Part shown: piece after piece, positions 11,443-21,630 of the stretch
How positions within the stretch are numbered: the stretch's first letter is position 1
Layout: each line of letters opens with the position of its first letter
Assembly: GCA_964645535.1 (NCBI GenBank)
Contig: CAZYCQ010000007.1
Location: 1 to 64,000, forward strand
Reading direction: 5' to 3'
DNA length: 64,000 bases
DNA from: an uncultured archaeon
Lineage (GTDB): Archaea; Asgardarchaeota; Heimdallarchaeia; Heimdallarchaeales; Kariarchaeaceae
Program-made: the position numbers and the translations under genes
Notes under the pieces: model-generated
What the model was told of the DNA's origin: nothing
The model's input: the letters and a program-made list of their open reading frames with translations, nothing else
Databases searched by the model: none

Positions 11443-12315
11443 TTGAAAACTTGTGTTTCCTTGCCAGAAGTTATGGATTTACTTCCGATCCCAATTAGTA
11501 TTCAAACCCCGCACAGAGACCTGATTTATGAAAACAAAAGGATGAAGGAACTATTTGGTCATCTTCCACGAAAAAAATGTTACCAACGGTTTAACCGCGA
11601 TACTCCATGCAACTTTTGTGGACTGGACATTGCATTGGAAACAAAAGAGGAAGCTCATTTTTATGTAAAAACAGAAATAAATGGGAAACAAACCATTCTT
11701 GAAGTTATTTACCAGCCCCTATATGATGATGACAATCAACTGAAGGGCTATGTGGAAATCATGCATGAACTGCCCTATCATTTTCTGCCTCTCTTGGACA
11801 TGGCAAATCAACTAAATGAGATACCATATTCCGTTGCAGTGCTCCGTTTTGGAAAAACTGGATCTGAGATTATCTTCCGAGAAGAACTTCCGTTTCCAAT
11901 TGCTTCTGAAGAAATTGAGCCTTTTCTCACTATGATGGGTGTGCATTGGTTTGCCCTAATAAATCAAGGAAACAACATTAATCTGGGCTTTTTCGGTCCT
12001 ATTCCCGTGACACAGCATAAGGGCTTTGTTTCATATGCCGCTCTTGCAAAAGTAAAGTCAAATGATGCAGATCCAAGACTTCAAGGAACTGATCTTCTCT
12101 TGACATTGTTCTTCACTAATAAGAAATATTCACATCTTTTCAATTACCACGAGCTCTTCTTTGATATAATACAAAGAAAATACCACAAATTAAACGATGT
12201 CAATGAATTGGATTCGGTCTTGATCTCTGAATTAAAAGAAAGCATAATCTCAAAATGGCTTGGAATCTTTCCAATGGATTTTCCCGTGCTGGTTAAGAAA
12301 ATTCCCCTGCTTTAA
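11443..12315 (+). CDS. PAS-domain protein with unknown C-terminal domain
   Basis: PIPISIQ..RDLIYENKRMKELFG..KCY..PCNFC..PLYDDDNQLKGYVEI pattern typical of Cys-motif PAS domains. Confidence 0.65.
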   Translation: MKTCVSLPEVMDLLPIPISIQTPHRDLIYENKRMKELFGHLPRKKCYQRFNRDTPCNFCGLDIALETKEEAHFYVKTEINGKQTILEVIYQPLYDDDNQLKGYVEIMHELPYHFLPLLDMANQLNEIPYSVAVLRFGKTGSEIIFREELPFPIASEEIEPFLTMMGVHWFALINQGNNINLGFFGPIPVTQHKGFVSYAALAKVKSNDADPRLQGTDLLLTLFFTNKKYSHLFNYHELFFDIIQRKYHKLNDVNELDSVLISELKESIISKWLGIFPMDFPVLVKKIPLL

Positions 12316-12874
12316 GATGCAGATATCCTTGTGCAAATCGATGTGCCACTGTCAGAACCATTAGGGAAATAAATACCAAAACAGTTTCAGGTCGCCAAAT
12401 TATCATTACATAAAGAATTGTCGTCTCCACTCCTTCCACTAGGCTAGTTGGGTATCTTTGTGAAATGATATGCGGAATTGGGCGTATCAGTTGTGGATAG
12501 GTCCAAAGAAGAAGATTGAAGGTGAAAAGTGATACCAGAAAAAGAAAATGAAAAAGTAGGTCTGGATATGCCCATCCTACAATGATGGGAACACCTAAGT
12601 ACACAACATAATCCGCTACGATATCCAAAAAGGATCCTAACTCTTTGTCTTTTTTTTCTTTTGCTTGCGCAAAAAATCCATCCAGCACATCAAACGCCCT
12701 ATTCAAAAGAAAAAATATTGTTCCAAATAATGAATTTCCATAATAAAGGTATATCATGGAAACAATTCCTAAAAGGAAACCGAAAGCGGTGACCGTGTCA
12801 GCATTCAGGGTATTGGGAGAAAACAATCCTTTCAGGATCCGGTTTTTCAATTTCCGGAGTTCAGCATCAAACAC
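12293..12874 (-). CDS. CDP-alcohol phosphatidyltransferase family protein
   Basis: DVLDGFFA...GSFLDIVAD signature (DxxDGxxA...GxxxDxxxD); TM helices. Confidence 0.88.
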   Translation of the reverse strand: MFDAELRKLKNRILKGLFSPNTLNADTVTAFGFLLGIVSMIYLYYGNSLFGTIFFLLNRAFDVLDGFFAQAKEKKDKELGSFLDIVADYVVYLGVPIIVGWAYPDLLFHFLFLVSLFTFNLLLWTYPQLIRPIPHIISQRYPTSLVEGVETTILYVMIIWRPETVLVFISLMVLTVAHRFAQGYLHLKAGEFS

Positions 12875-12896
12875 AATTCTATCTCTTTCACTCCAA

Positions 12897-13688
12897 TTAT
12901 AAGATTGCTCTCACTTTTTTGAAATCATCAAGTGTCTTCCGTGCATCATCAATCATTTTAGAAACTGCATCTTCTCCATTGGTTTCAAACGTTCTTAACA
13001 AGGCACTTCCCATGATCACTCCATCAAATCCCAATTCCAATGCTGTTTGCACACCTTCAATATCTGAAATTCCAAATCCAACTAATGCAGGGATGTCTTT
13101 ATTGACGTTTTTTACAGTTTCTAGGATATGGCTCAATCGTTTATCAAATCGCTGGTATCCTCCAGTGGTTGCTAACCCTGAAAGAAAATACACGAATGAT
13201 CTACTTTCTTTTGTCAGCATTTTTGCTCTTTCCAATGATACGTTTGGAGAAACAATAAATGCCGGATTAAGCTCTTTCAACCTTGATGGGTAAAGAGAGG
13301 GTGGAATGTCTGGGAAAATTACCCCTTGAAGCCCATTTTCAACTGCTTTTTGATGAAATCTTTCTATGCCATATTGAAATGCAATATTTCCATAAGTCAT
13401 CAAAAAAGGTGATGTATATCTTCCTATTTGCTGAACTGCTTCCCACAGGGTTTCCATATCAATTCCATTTTTCAGGGCTTTTGCTGAGGCATTTTGGATG
13501 GCATGGCCGTCTGCCACTGGATCACTATATGGAAAGCCTATTTCCACGATATCTGCACCATGTCTCCCAATTTGTTCCATTATTTTGATGGATGTTGAAA
13601 AATCGGGATATCCCAAAACCCAGTATCCCACAAGCAGCTTTCTTCCTTCCAGATATTTTTCCATGAAATCAGAAATTTGCCCCGTCAT
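12897..13688 (-). CDS. trpA: Tryptophan synthase alpha chain
   Basis: [35 protein letters not shown] motifs; overlaps trpB stop. Confidence 0.95.
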   Translation of the reverse strand: MTGQISDFMEKYLEGRKLLVGYWVLGYPDFSTSIKIMEQIGRHGADIVEIGFPYSDPVADGHAIQNASAKALKNGIDMETLWEAVQQIGRYTSPFLMTYGNIAFQYGIERFHQKAVENGLQGVIFPDIPPSLYPSRLKELNPAFIVSPNVSLERAKMLTKESRSFVYFLSGLATTGGYQRFDKRLSHILETVKNVNKDIPALVGFGISDIEGVQTALELGFDGVIMGSALLRTFETNGEDAVSKMIDDARKTLDDFKKVRAIL

Positions 13689-14905
13689 ATGCTCTTCCCT
13701 TCCTCAATGATCGAAAGTACCTGATCAAGGTCTTTATCCCCTCTTCCTGAAAGCGTAATCACTAAAACTTCATTCTTTTCCATTTCACTTGCACGTTTGA
13801 TTCCATAAGCAAGTGCATGTGAGCTTTCAAGAGCAGGGATAATCCCCTCTAATCTAGATACCAACCGAAATGCTTCAACAGCTTCAACATCCGAAATTGG
13901 AACATAGCTTACCCTTCCAATTTCTTTCCAAAATGCATGTTCTGGACCTACTCCAGGGTAATCCAGACCTGCTGATATTGAATGCGTAGGAATTATTTGA
14001 CCGATTTCATCTTGAATAAGATAACTAAATCCTCCATGGATGATCCCCGGCTTTCCATGTGTCAAGGAGGCACCATTGTCTCCAAGCCTTTCACTTTTTC
14101 CTCCTGCCTCTATCCCAATAAGTTCTATTTCCTCATCAACCAAAGGAAAAAATGTTCCGGCTGCATTTGAGCCTCCTCCCACACAAGCTACAACCACATC
14201 TGGGATGTCCCCTATCTGCGATCTGGCTTGACTAAGCAATTCTTCTCCTATGACCTTTTGAAAATCTCTTACCATCATTGGAAACGGGTGTGGACCTACG
14301 GCTGATCCAATCAGATAATGCGATGTCTCCACCGATGTGATCCAATCACGTAATGCTTCATTCACCGCATCTTTAAGTGTTCTTGATCCGCTGGAAACAG
14401 GGATAACTCTGGCCCCCATCAGCTGCATCCGTTTGACATTGGGCATCTGCCGTTCGATGTCCACTTCCCCCATGTAAATGTCCGTTTTCAATCCGAATAA
14501 AGCACCAACCATTGCGGTTGCCGTTCCATGCTGACCCGCACCGGTCTCTGCGATCAAACGTTTCTTCCCCAAATGTTTCGCAACTAACGCTTGACCAAGT
14601 GCATTGTTCAGCTTATGTGCCCCACCATGAACCAGATCCTCCCTTTTCAGGTAGATCTTCGCTCCCCCTGCATATTCGGTAAGGCGAGATGCAAAATATA
14701 ATGGGGTCGGACGTCCGGCATAGGTTTCATAAAGCATGTTGAGCTCTTCCATGAACATCTTGTTGTTCCTTAACTGGGCATATGCCTCTTCCAACTCTTC
14801 CAAGGCAGGCATGAGCATTTCAGGTGCATATTTCCCTCCGAACCTCCCGAAGAACCCTTTTTGGTCGGGGACATTCTTCAGAGATTGGTTTGATTCCATC
14901 TGCAT
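13685..14905 (-). CDS. trpB: Tryptophan synthase beta chain (TrpB1 type)
   Basis: KREDL.H.GAHKLNN (PLP Lys), [38 protein letters not shown]. Confidence 0.97.
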   Translation of the reverse strand: MQMESNQSLKNVPDQKGFFGRFGGKYAPEMLMPALEELEEAYAQLRNNKMFMEELNMLYETYAGRPTPLYFASRLTEYAGGAKIYLKREDLVHGGAHKLNNALGQALVAKHLGKKRLIAETGAGQHGTATAMVGALFGLKTDIYMGEVDIERQMPNVKRMQLMGARVIPVSSGSRTLKDAVNEALRDWITSVETSHYLIGSAVGPHPFPMMVRDFQKVIGEELLSQARSQIGDIPDVVVACVGGGSNAAGTFFPLVDEEIELIGIEAGGKSERLGDNGASLTHGKPGIIHGGFSYLIQDEIGQIIPTHSISAGLDYPGVGPEHAFWKEIGRVSYVPISDVEAVEAFRLVSRLEGIIPALESSHALAYGIKRASEMEKNEVLVITLSGRGDKDLDQVLSIIEEGKSI

Positions 14906-15069
14906 TCAATCAAAAGACAAGTATCTACAGTCAAAAGCGCTGATGGTCAGTTCTTTGGCACTACTTTTTAAAAGAACACTTTTGATGCCTATACCTCAAA
15001 ATTTTCCAATTCATCATCTGAAGTCCTGAATGACAAATGTTTATAGGTTCTTCCTCTTGCTAATAGATA

Positions 15070-15863
15070 ATGACCGAACCGGTCACATATTTGAGTTCAA
15101 GACATAAACAGCTAGAACGAGATGATGATGACGTCCATCCGAAACCGAGGCTTGGACGTAGAGAGTGTGAACCCCATTCTGATGAGATCAACTATCTTTA
15201 CGATGTCCTTTCAACAAATTACCCTGAAGACAGAACTCTTTGGGATCTTCACCATTATTTCCTAATTGAAGGTGAAAAAATCGATATCCAGTTCGATATC
15301 TCATACTTTAAGGGAATGCAAATCCCCTATCGAATTTCATCTTATGATGCCCAAAAATTCAATCATCGTGTTCCCACCATGGCCATCATATCCTTTCTGC
15401 ATCGACCTTCAAAAATGACTTGGGAATCGTCCTAGAACAATGCCAAAGGCTTCAGATTCCTGTTTATGTCATGTTCAGCGATCATCTTCAAGCACCAAGC
15501 TATGTCAGAGCTCCCCTCCTGAAAATATACTATAAAGAGGATAATCAATATCATACCGCCGAAACCCAGGAGATTTGTTGCAAGGAAGGCGAAGAACCAG
15601 ACCCTTCAAAGCTAATTGATATTCTTCCTGAAGTTCTTCCATTCAAATTCGGAATCATTGAACGAAAGGATAAATATCTCAAGGATACAATTTCTCCACT
15701 TTATTTCCTTGGACTTGTCGACAGGGCTACCGAAAAATTGCTGCTTACTAGTCGACAATTGGCTGAACAGAAAGCTGATGAGGAAAAGAGACGGGCTGAT
15801 AAAGCTGAAAAACGGGCTGAACAATTGCTGAAGGAACTTGAGGAATTGAAAAAGAAAGGCTAA
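15070..15863 (+). pseudogene. Uma2-like PD-(D/E)xK nuclease-fold protein, frameshifted
   Basis: ORFs 15070-15435 and 15420-15863 align end to end with the intact paralog at 30429-31268. Restoring one A near 15388 gives MAINILSASTFKNDLGI, matching MAINILSSSTYNSDLG. Confidence 0.75.
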
Positions 15864-16246
15864 TACCAATCCCATATCCCCAATATGACCCCGAAGATTT
15901 CAACAACCACATAAAGCCAGAAGATATAGAGCAACGTACCCGCAATGATCGCAAGCAAGGTGATGTTGATGATCTTCTGTCGCTGGCGTTTTACTTCATC
16001 AAGTGAACAGACTCCATGGCGAGTATAGAAATAATAAGCAAGTCCTGAAAGAAGAGCCAATAAGGCAACTCCTCTGAATGCCCAGCGATAACCATAATAA
16101 AGTGTGTCTGATAAGGATGCCGCGTAGCTAATTGAACTGACTCCAACAAGAACCAAAACGACCGGAGTGAAGCAGCAAAGCCCTCCAATAAATGCACTGA
16201 ATGAAAGCACCCCCTTGAGATTCTTCAATTCCTCAATGATTTCCAT
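15860..16246 (-). CDS. MerT/MerF-like heavy-metal membrane protein
   Basis: GGLCCFTPVVL vicinal Cys pair in TM1, three TM segments, extra loop Cys (HGVCS). Confidence 0.6.
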   Translation of the reverse strand: MEIIEELKNLKGVLSFSAFIGGLCCFTPVVLVLVGVSSISYAASLSDTLYYGYRWAFRGVALLALLSGLAYYFYTRHGVCSLDEVKRQRQKIINITLLAIIAGTLLYIFWLYVVVEIFGVILGIWDWY

Positions 16247-16297
16247 ATGCCATACATATCTCACCGAAATAAAAATCATTACTTGCAAAAAAATTTT

Positions 16298-16783
16298 TCA
16301 GGAACATGAATTTAGCTCAAATTCGACCGATTCAATAAAGGAAAACAATGATTGTACCCTTTCCTCATTCACATTCAAATCCCCCCTTCCAAGACGTGAT
16401 TGACTTTGCACCCAGAATGAAGTCTGGTTTCCTACGCAAAACAGTTGTACATATAGATCATCCGGAAAACGAAATACAAAAGAGAGAAATTTTGCGTGGA
16501 TAAATGTCCCATTATCTCTCAAAATTTCTGTTCGAGGCTGCACGTCAATCCAATTCAATATTGCATCGTGTACCTCCCTCAATGTCGCATTCAGCTTCAA
16601 TGGTCTCAATCCTTCTCCCCTTACATTGAATTCGGCTACCCGAGTACAGTTCGGTGTTGGTGGGCAATCTTCTGGAAAAGTTGTGATGGTTGGATCTGGT
16701 GCACCAAAGTATATCCCAATCAAACTCAACAGGTAGATCAGAACCAAAACTGCAATGGAAATTCCTACTCGTTTAAATTGCAT
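16298..16783 (-). CDS. DUF1499 family protein
   Basis: CPPTPNC, FRFPDD, SQSRLGRGDLNVNEERV signature; N-terminal TM. Confidence 0.85.
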   Translation of the reverse strand: MQFKRVGISIAVLVLIYLLSLIGIYFGAPDPTITTFPEDCPPTPNCTRVAEFNVRGEGLRPLKLNATLREVHDAILNWIDVQPRTEILRDNGTFIHAKFLSFVFRFPDDLYVQLFCVGNQTSFWVQSQSRLGRGDLNVNEERVQSLFSFIESVEFELNSCS

Positions 16784-16831
16784 GCTCTTAATCGAAATTT
16801 AGTCAATCAAAAAGGTATAGATCAGGAAAAA

Positions 16832-17248
16832 TCAATTGGCTTTTTCAACCAACTTCCCCCATTCGATTTTTGGACATTTGTTTTCCACATACAAAAGACC
16901 CTTTTCCTCGGCTGCCTTTCTGGCCTCTTCAGATCGTACCCCTAAAGGTAACCAGATCAACGGAATCCCTTTTTCAGCAGCAATTTTTGCCTGTTCACCT
17001 ACAATCTTCTCATTCAGGTAAAGAATAACTCCGTCAACCGGTTCATCAAGATCTGCAAGAGAAGGGATTACGGGATCTCCCAAAACCTCCTTCTCCTTCG
17101 GATGAATTGGTATCAACTTATGTCCCTTTTCTTTCAGAAAACGGGAAATCTCATTGCTTGTTCGCTCTGGCTTTGAAGATGCTCCAACAATGGCTATTTT
17201 TCGTGGTTTTGTCAAGAATTCGACAATCTGTTCATCTGTCGCTTCCAT
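16832..17248 (-). CDS. CoA-binding protein (YccU-like)
   Basis: IAIVGASSKPERTS..PIHP..SLADL..VD..W..LG..ENKC pattern. Confidence 0.88.
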   Translation of the reverse strand: MEATDEQIVEFLTKPRKIAIVGASSKPERTSNEISRFLKEKGHKLIPIHPKEKEVLGDPVIPSLADLDEPVDGVILYLNEKIVGEQAKIAAEKGIPLIWLPLGVRSEEARKAAEEKGLLYVENKCPKIEWGKLVEKAN

Positions 17249-17425
17249 AGGTAAATTCCTTGGGCATAATTATAAAACCCTTCAATTGGAGGAAAATCCT
17301 TTTTTTAGTTTTATGAACTGTTTTTTGCTTCCGTCCTCCCATGACCCATACTCACATCAAATTTCCTTTCTTGATTTTTCCCTATCCAATTCCACCTTTT
17401 TATATCCAACTCCATCATTCTAGAC

Positions 17426-17668
17426 ATGCTTGTCGACAATGTTACCTCAAATGAAATTCTTCATATCCAAGGAAAAGACGTCAATCTGTCTTGGCCCATC
17501 TTCTCTAAAATCCTTATCCTTGAGGATTGCAACGTCTCCTTGCCAGTCAGGCAGGAACGTGTCCGTGTTCTGGTTCTCTACCGATGTAAGATATCCGGGA
17601 GCATTAAAAGAATGTTTCCTAATTTACTGGTGCTAGATCTCATGGAAACTGAAAGTTTCCCAACTTGA
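17426..17668 (+). CDS. Small hypothetical protein
   Basis: 80-aa ATG ORF filling the gap; stop abuts the convergent gene at 17669. Confidence 0.35.
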   Translation: MLVDNVTSNEILHIQGKDVNLSWPIFSKILILEDCNVSLPVRQERVRVLVLYRCKISGSIKRMFPNLLVLDLMETESFPT

Positions 17669-19219
17669 TCATGATTTCTTCAGAAAACGAACCCTTACAA
17701 TCAAAACCAGTATCATTGGCACAAACACAATCAATGATGCATCTTGTGTTCCCGTAAGAGATGCCGAAGGAGTTGAATCTGTCGTTGTATTTGATACTGA
17801 TGATTGGCTTGTAGTCGATTTGCTTGATGCTGATGATTGGCTTGCAGTTGATTTGCTTGATGCTGATGGTTGGCTTGTTACCTGTGAACTTGTTGGACTT
17901 GACGTTGATGACGAAATCACAGGTTCCGATGTCACTGGAGGAGATGGTTCCTCCAATTCAACAAAGAGAATGGAAACGCTGTATGTGGTGTTGTCATCCA
18001 GCGTCCATAACTCAAGTTCATACATTCCTTCCGTCACTACAACCTCTCCGGATCTTGAAGGTCTAGAGTTGGATACGTACATGTCCAAATAGGACGGACT
18101 GACCAATTCCGAAGAATTATAGAGATCCAAAAATACTGCCGGGAATGCATCCATCGAATCTACCAATGTCAAATTCACTTCCAAACGACCATAATGGGTT
18201 ACATTCAGCAAATACGTATCTTCCTCATCCCTTGCCCCATCAAAGTCCTCTATCAATCCTTCACCAATGGTACCTGTAAAACTGCTATTCAATGGAACCA
18301 TTGGTGATGACGCCGGATCCTCACTTGCATCTCCACCCGTTCCGGCATCATTCTGTGGTGGGAGAACGGCTGACACGTATGACAAAGAAAACTCATAAGT
18401 GATGTTCCAGCCTAAACTGTCAAACTCAATGAAATAATCTCCGCCAGTAGCAATTGGTGTCGACATCAGAATGCTTCCAAAGGAAGAATATTGACTCTCT
18501 GTGACAATTGTCTTGTATTCAGAAGTTAATGAAGTTGCATGGAAAAAGTCACTTCCATCAATCGTGAATGTTACACTCAGATTCAAATATCCTATTCCTG
18601 GAAGGGTCACCCTGAAATAGTCCTCATCATCAAGCAAGCCATCCGATTCCACATGCCCATTTCCGAGATTCCCTGTATAGGTGGTATTCAATTCAACCGC
18701 AACAGGTGTCAACAATTCAGCATCCCTTCCAGCTCCTGCATCATCCTGTCCATAGGATCCTGAAAAATGATCCACCCTGAACCGGTAATCCACCAAATCA
18801 CTATAGGATTCCACCTGAATAACATAATCACCCGTCGTTATGATCGGAGCCACAACGGTCACATTGCCATCATCATACCATATCGTTTCAATTGCAACAA
18901 TCAACCCGTCTTTCAGAATCTCAATTGTAGCAAGACTGACAACCTCTATATTGGTAATTCCCACAGTTACCCGGACAAAACCCGGTGATAATGTAACCTT
19001 GAAATTGTCATGATTGTCCTCATCGCCATCAACATTGGTCAGATTATCCCCCACGCTTCCATCATACCAAACACCCAAAGCAACTGAAATGGCATTCTGG
19101 TAGTCATCTGGTGCATCTGAACCGCTTCCAGCATCGTCTTGGGAAGCCATGACATTCCTTGAAAATCCTCCAATACTCAATATGAGCATCACTGCTAACA
19201 ATAGCGTTCCTGATTTCAT
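17669..19219 (-). CDS. Surface protein with three PPC-like/Ca-binding repeats, Ser/Thr linker and C-terminal anchor
   Basis: Signal peptide; three units beginning QDDAGSGSDA, QDDAGAGRDA, QNDAGTGGDA, each with D..D.F/Y; S/T-rich stalk; TM plus basic tail. Confidence 0.8.
   Translation of the reverse strand: MKSGTLLLAVMLILSIGGFSRNVMASQDDAGSGSDAPDDYQNAISVALGVWYDGSVGDNLTNVDGDEDNHDNFKVTLSPGFVRVTVGITNIEVVSLATIEILKDGLIVAIETIWYDDGNVTVVAPIITTGDYVIQVESYSDLVDYRFRVDHFSGSYGQDDAGAGRDAELLTPVAVELNTTYTGNLGNGHVESDGLLDDEDYFRVTLPGIGYLNLSVTFTIDGSDFFHATSLTSEYKTIVTESQYSSFGSILMSTPIATGGDYFIEFDSLGWNITYEFSLSYVSAVLPPQNDAGTGGDASEDPASSPMVPLNSSFTGTIGEGLIEDFDGARDEEDTYLLNVTHYGRLEVNLTLVDSMDAFPAVFLDLYNSSELVSPSYLDMYVSNSRPSRSGEVVVTEGMYELELWTLDDNTTYSVSILFVELEEPSPPVTSEPVISSSTSSPTSSQVTSQPSASSKSTASQSSASSKSTTSQSSVSNTTTDSTPSASLTGTQDASLIVFVPMILVLIVRVRFLKKS
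17798..17879. repeat. 33-bp tandem repeat (about 2.5 copies) encoding the Ser/Thr stalk
   Basis: Unit TGATGATTGGCTTGYAGTYGATTTGCTTGATGC at 17798 and 17831, partial copy at 17864. Confidence 0.85.
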
Positions 19220-19324
19220 TATTTTTCACCCTCCCATCAAGAGACTCTCCCCCTGATAGGTAATTAATCCTCTACCTCTTTCTATAAAAATTTTTCCTCA
19301 CACGGGAGGTGATATTCCCATGAA

Positions 19325-20272
19325 TCATTGATTCCCACGCGCCCTTATCTCCTGTGGAAGCAAAGCAACATACAACGTCTCAAGAATTGGTGCCTCACCT
19401 AAACGTATGACATCTCCCACCAGATAATCCAATTCCGAAGGAATTCCGCCAATGATATCTCTTTGCAATGAAGTTGTGCCATCTGAAGGAAGGTTGTCAA
19501 CCCATTGTAGATATCGATCTGCAAGGCTGTCCTCAACCCTTGCCCCTTGTGAACGGGCAACCGCAGTGGTCTCCAGAAAAACCTCCCGGATTAAGGATCG
19601 AACCTCTGGAATGGCTCGCATCTCTCCGAAGGTAGCCCGTGTGACACTTCCAACAGCTCCCAACGGACCAATCAGGATCAGTTTCTCCCATTGTGCCGTT
19701 CGAAAATCATCGTGAAGCCTCGTCTCAATCCCTGATGTGGTGAAAAGCCCTCCCACCTTTTCAACTCTCTCCGTCAATCCTCCTTCAATCTCCCCCAACT
19801 CAACAATGCCTGAACCAAGATGGCGGATCACGCCTGTCGTCTCCTTGAAACTGATCACCTTACAGAACCCACCAAGCACCCGTTCACCAAAACGATCCCT
19901 GAGAAAACGTGTGGCATATACCCCGTTGAGCAGGGGCAGAATCAAGGTGCCTTCATGCATCGAGGTTTCCATTCCCACAATTGCCGTCTCAAGATGCTGA
20001 CTCTTCACGGTAAGAATGATGAGATCCGCTTTTTCTCCAAAGGAATCTGTCACCTTCACTTGCAAAAACAGATCCCCCTTTGGACTAAAGACCTTCAACC
20101 CATTTTTCCGCAACACCTCGGCGGATCGCGGTGTAGCCACAAAGGTCACATCATGTCCATGCTCCGCAAGACGTGCCCCGAAATATCCTCCGACCCCTCC
20201 CGTACCCACAACCAGTATCTTCACACGTTTCCATCTTGGAGATGACCTAAAGAGCCTTCGTCCTATAGTCAA
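19325..20272 (-). CDS. panE: 2-dehydropantoate 2-reductase
   Basis: KILVVGTGGVGGYFG, TVKS, PLLNG, WEKL, TTSLQRD...ELD motifs; true start probably GTG at 20224. Confidence 0.9.
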   Translation of the reverse strand: MTIGRRLFRSSPRWKRVKILVVGTGGVGGYFGARLAEHGHDVTFVATPRSAEVLRKNGLKVFSPKGDLFLQVKVTDSFGEKADLIILTVKSQHLETAIVGMETSMHEGTLILPLLNGVYATRFLRDRFGERVLGGFCKVISFKETTGVIRHLGSGIVELGEIEGGLTERVEKVGGLFTTSGIETRLHDDFRTAQWEKLILIGPLGAVGSVTRATFGEMRAIPEVRSLIREVFLETTAVARSQGARVEDSLADRYLQWVDNLPSDGTTSLQRDIIGGIPSELDYLVGDVIRLGEAPILETLYVALLPQEIRARGNQ

Positions 20273-20273
20273 A

Positions 20274-21605
20274 TCAATGATCGCTTAAGTCTCGCAATTG
20301 GTGCAGATAGCTCCGAACCTCATCAATGTCCTCAAAATTACGATCCAAGACCGTGAATTCAAAGACCCTGTGTATTGTCTCAGAAAGCTCGTCCAATGCC
20401 GAAATGTCCAATGCCAGATCTGCCAGCTCACGGATGTTCCGAACAATGGCCTTCTTCAGCATCTCCGAATTGATGTTCCGAGGATCATACAGCTCCGTGA
20501 TGTCATCAATCGCCGAACTTGGATTGATCGCATTGAAATTCAAGATCTGGCTCGCCAAATCCGAATGTCCATAATTCTCCAAGTCATAGATCAGACTCAG
20601 AAGCGCACTGGCAAGTGTCGCATAGGTCTCGCTCAGATCCATCAATCCTTCATCCTTCTTTCGATACGCCAATTGCGACATGGTCCACATGAAAAATTCC
20701 ATCGGATCACGAGAAAGACGATAGAGTTCATTCACAAACACATTCCCTAGGTCTTGCAGGGGTGTGTTCGCCTCAAGATCCTCAAACAAATAAATCAGCC
20801 ATTGCGTCAACCCCCGTGCCAACTTCGTCTCCAAATCCATCAATACATCCTCCGAAGTTACCACCGTCTTGTGGGGATTGCCCGGATCAGGCTTGCTCAA
20901 TGGCCACTCCCTCACCTCCGAAAGCAGATCCGTCAGAAAAAGAAAATAGTTGAACAACTGGCTCGTCTCCGCAAAATCCGCACTCAAAAGATTACGTAAC
21001 TCCGATGAAAAACTTGCAAAAAAACGCAACGTATTCTCATCCGTAATTTTCTGGATATTCGAACGGATCTGATCACGAACCTCGAAAAGAACATTCACAT
21101 CGGTTCCCTCATGCTGAAGCATCTCCCGCCAAAGATAGGAACCCTCCAATGCACGAAAACTATCCCAGATCTTGCCACGAAGAGTTGACAACTCGTCCTC
21201 GTGAATCTCCTCCTCCGTAGGAATCTCATCATCAGATACCGAAAGCACTTTCTCCAATTTCTCCTGAAGATTCTCCAACTCCACCCGAAAAACATCCTTC
21301 AACTTGATCAAGTCATCCGCAGAAAGCATCGAATGGTTGTTCACCATCATATCCAATGTATCCCGGAGCTCTTGGATAGCACGCTTGACATCATCCCCAA
21401 AATACCGCTCCTGCGCATCTGAAAGATTTGACAGCAACTCCCTCACCCGCACCAACACCGGACGCATAACCACCATCCCCTCCCCATACCTGCCTCCCCC
21501 CTGAAATATTCTCGCGCGGATCTGAAATGAAGAATGAGTCTCCAGATTGTCATACAGGGAAACCACTTCTTCCATCAAATCCGCTAATCCTACCATGAAT
21601 GCCAA
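20274..21605 (-). CDS. Hypothetical acidic alpha-helical protein
   Basis: 443-aa ORF co-oriented with and tightly packed against panE and the MFS gene; no motif recognised. Confidence 0.65.
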   Translation of the reverse strand: MAFMVGLADLMEEVVSLYDNLETHSSFQIRARIFQGGGRYGEGMVVMRPVLVRVRELLSNLSDAQERYFGDDVKRAIQELRDTLDMMVNNHSMLSADDLIKLKDVFRVELENLQEKLEKVLSVSDDEIPTEEEIHEDELSTLRGKIWDSFRALEGSYLWREMLQHEGTDVNVLFEVRDQIRSNIQKITDENTLRFFASFSSELRNLLSADFAETSQLFNYFLFLTDLLSEVREWPLSKPDPGNPHKTVVTSEDVLMDLETKLARGLTQWLIYLFEDLEANTPLQDLGNVFVNELYRLSRDPMEFFMWTMSQLAYRKKDEGLMDLSETYATLASALLSLIYDLENYGHSDLASQILNFNAINPSSAIDDITELYDPRNINSEMLKKAIVRNIRELADLALDISALDELSETIHRVFEFTVLDRNFEDIDEVRSYLHQLRDLSDH

Positions 21606-21630
21606 TCGATTTCATGCCATATATAATTAT

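Noticed and set aside
15370-15435. Programmed frameshift in the Uma2-like gene
   Set aside because: The paralog alignment places the break near 15388, where there is no slippery sequence or homopolymer.
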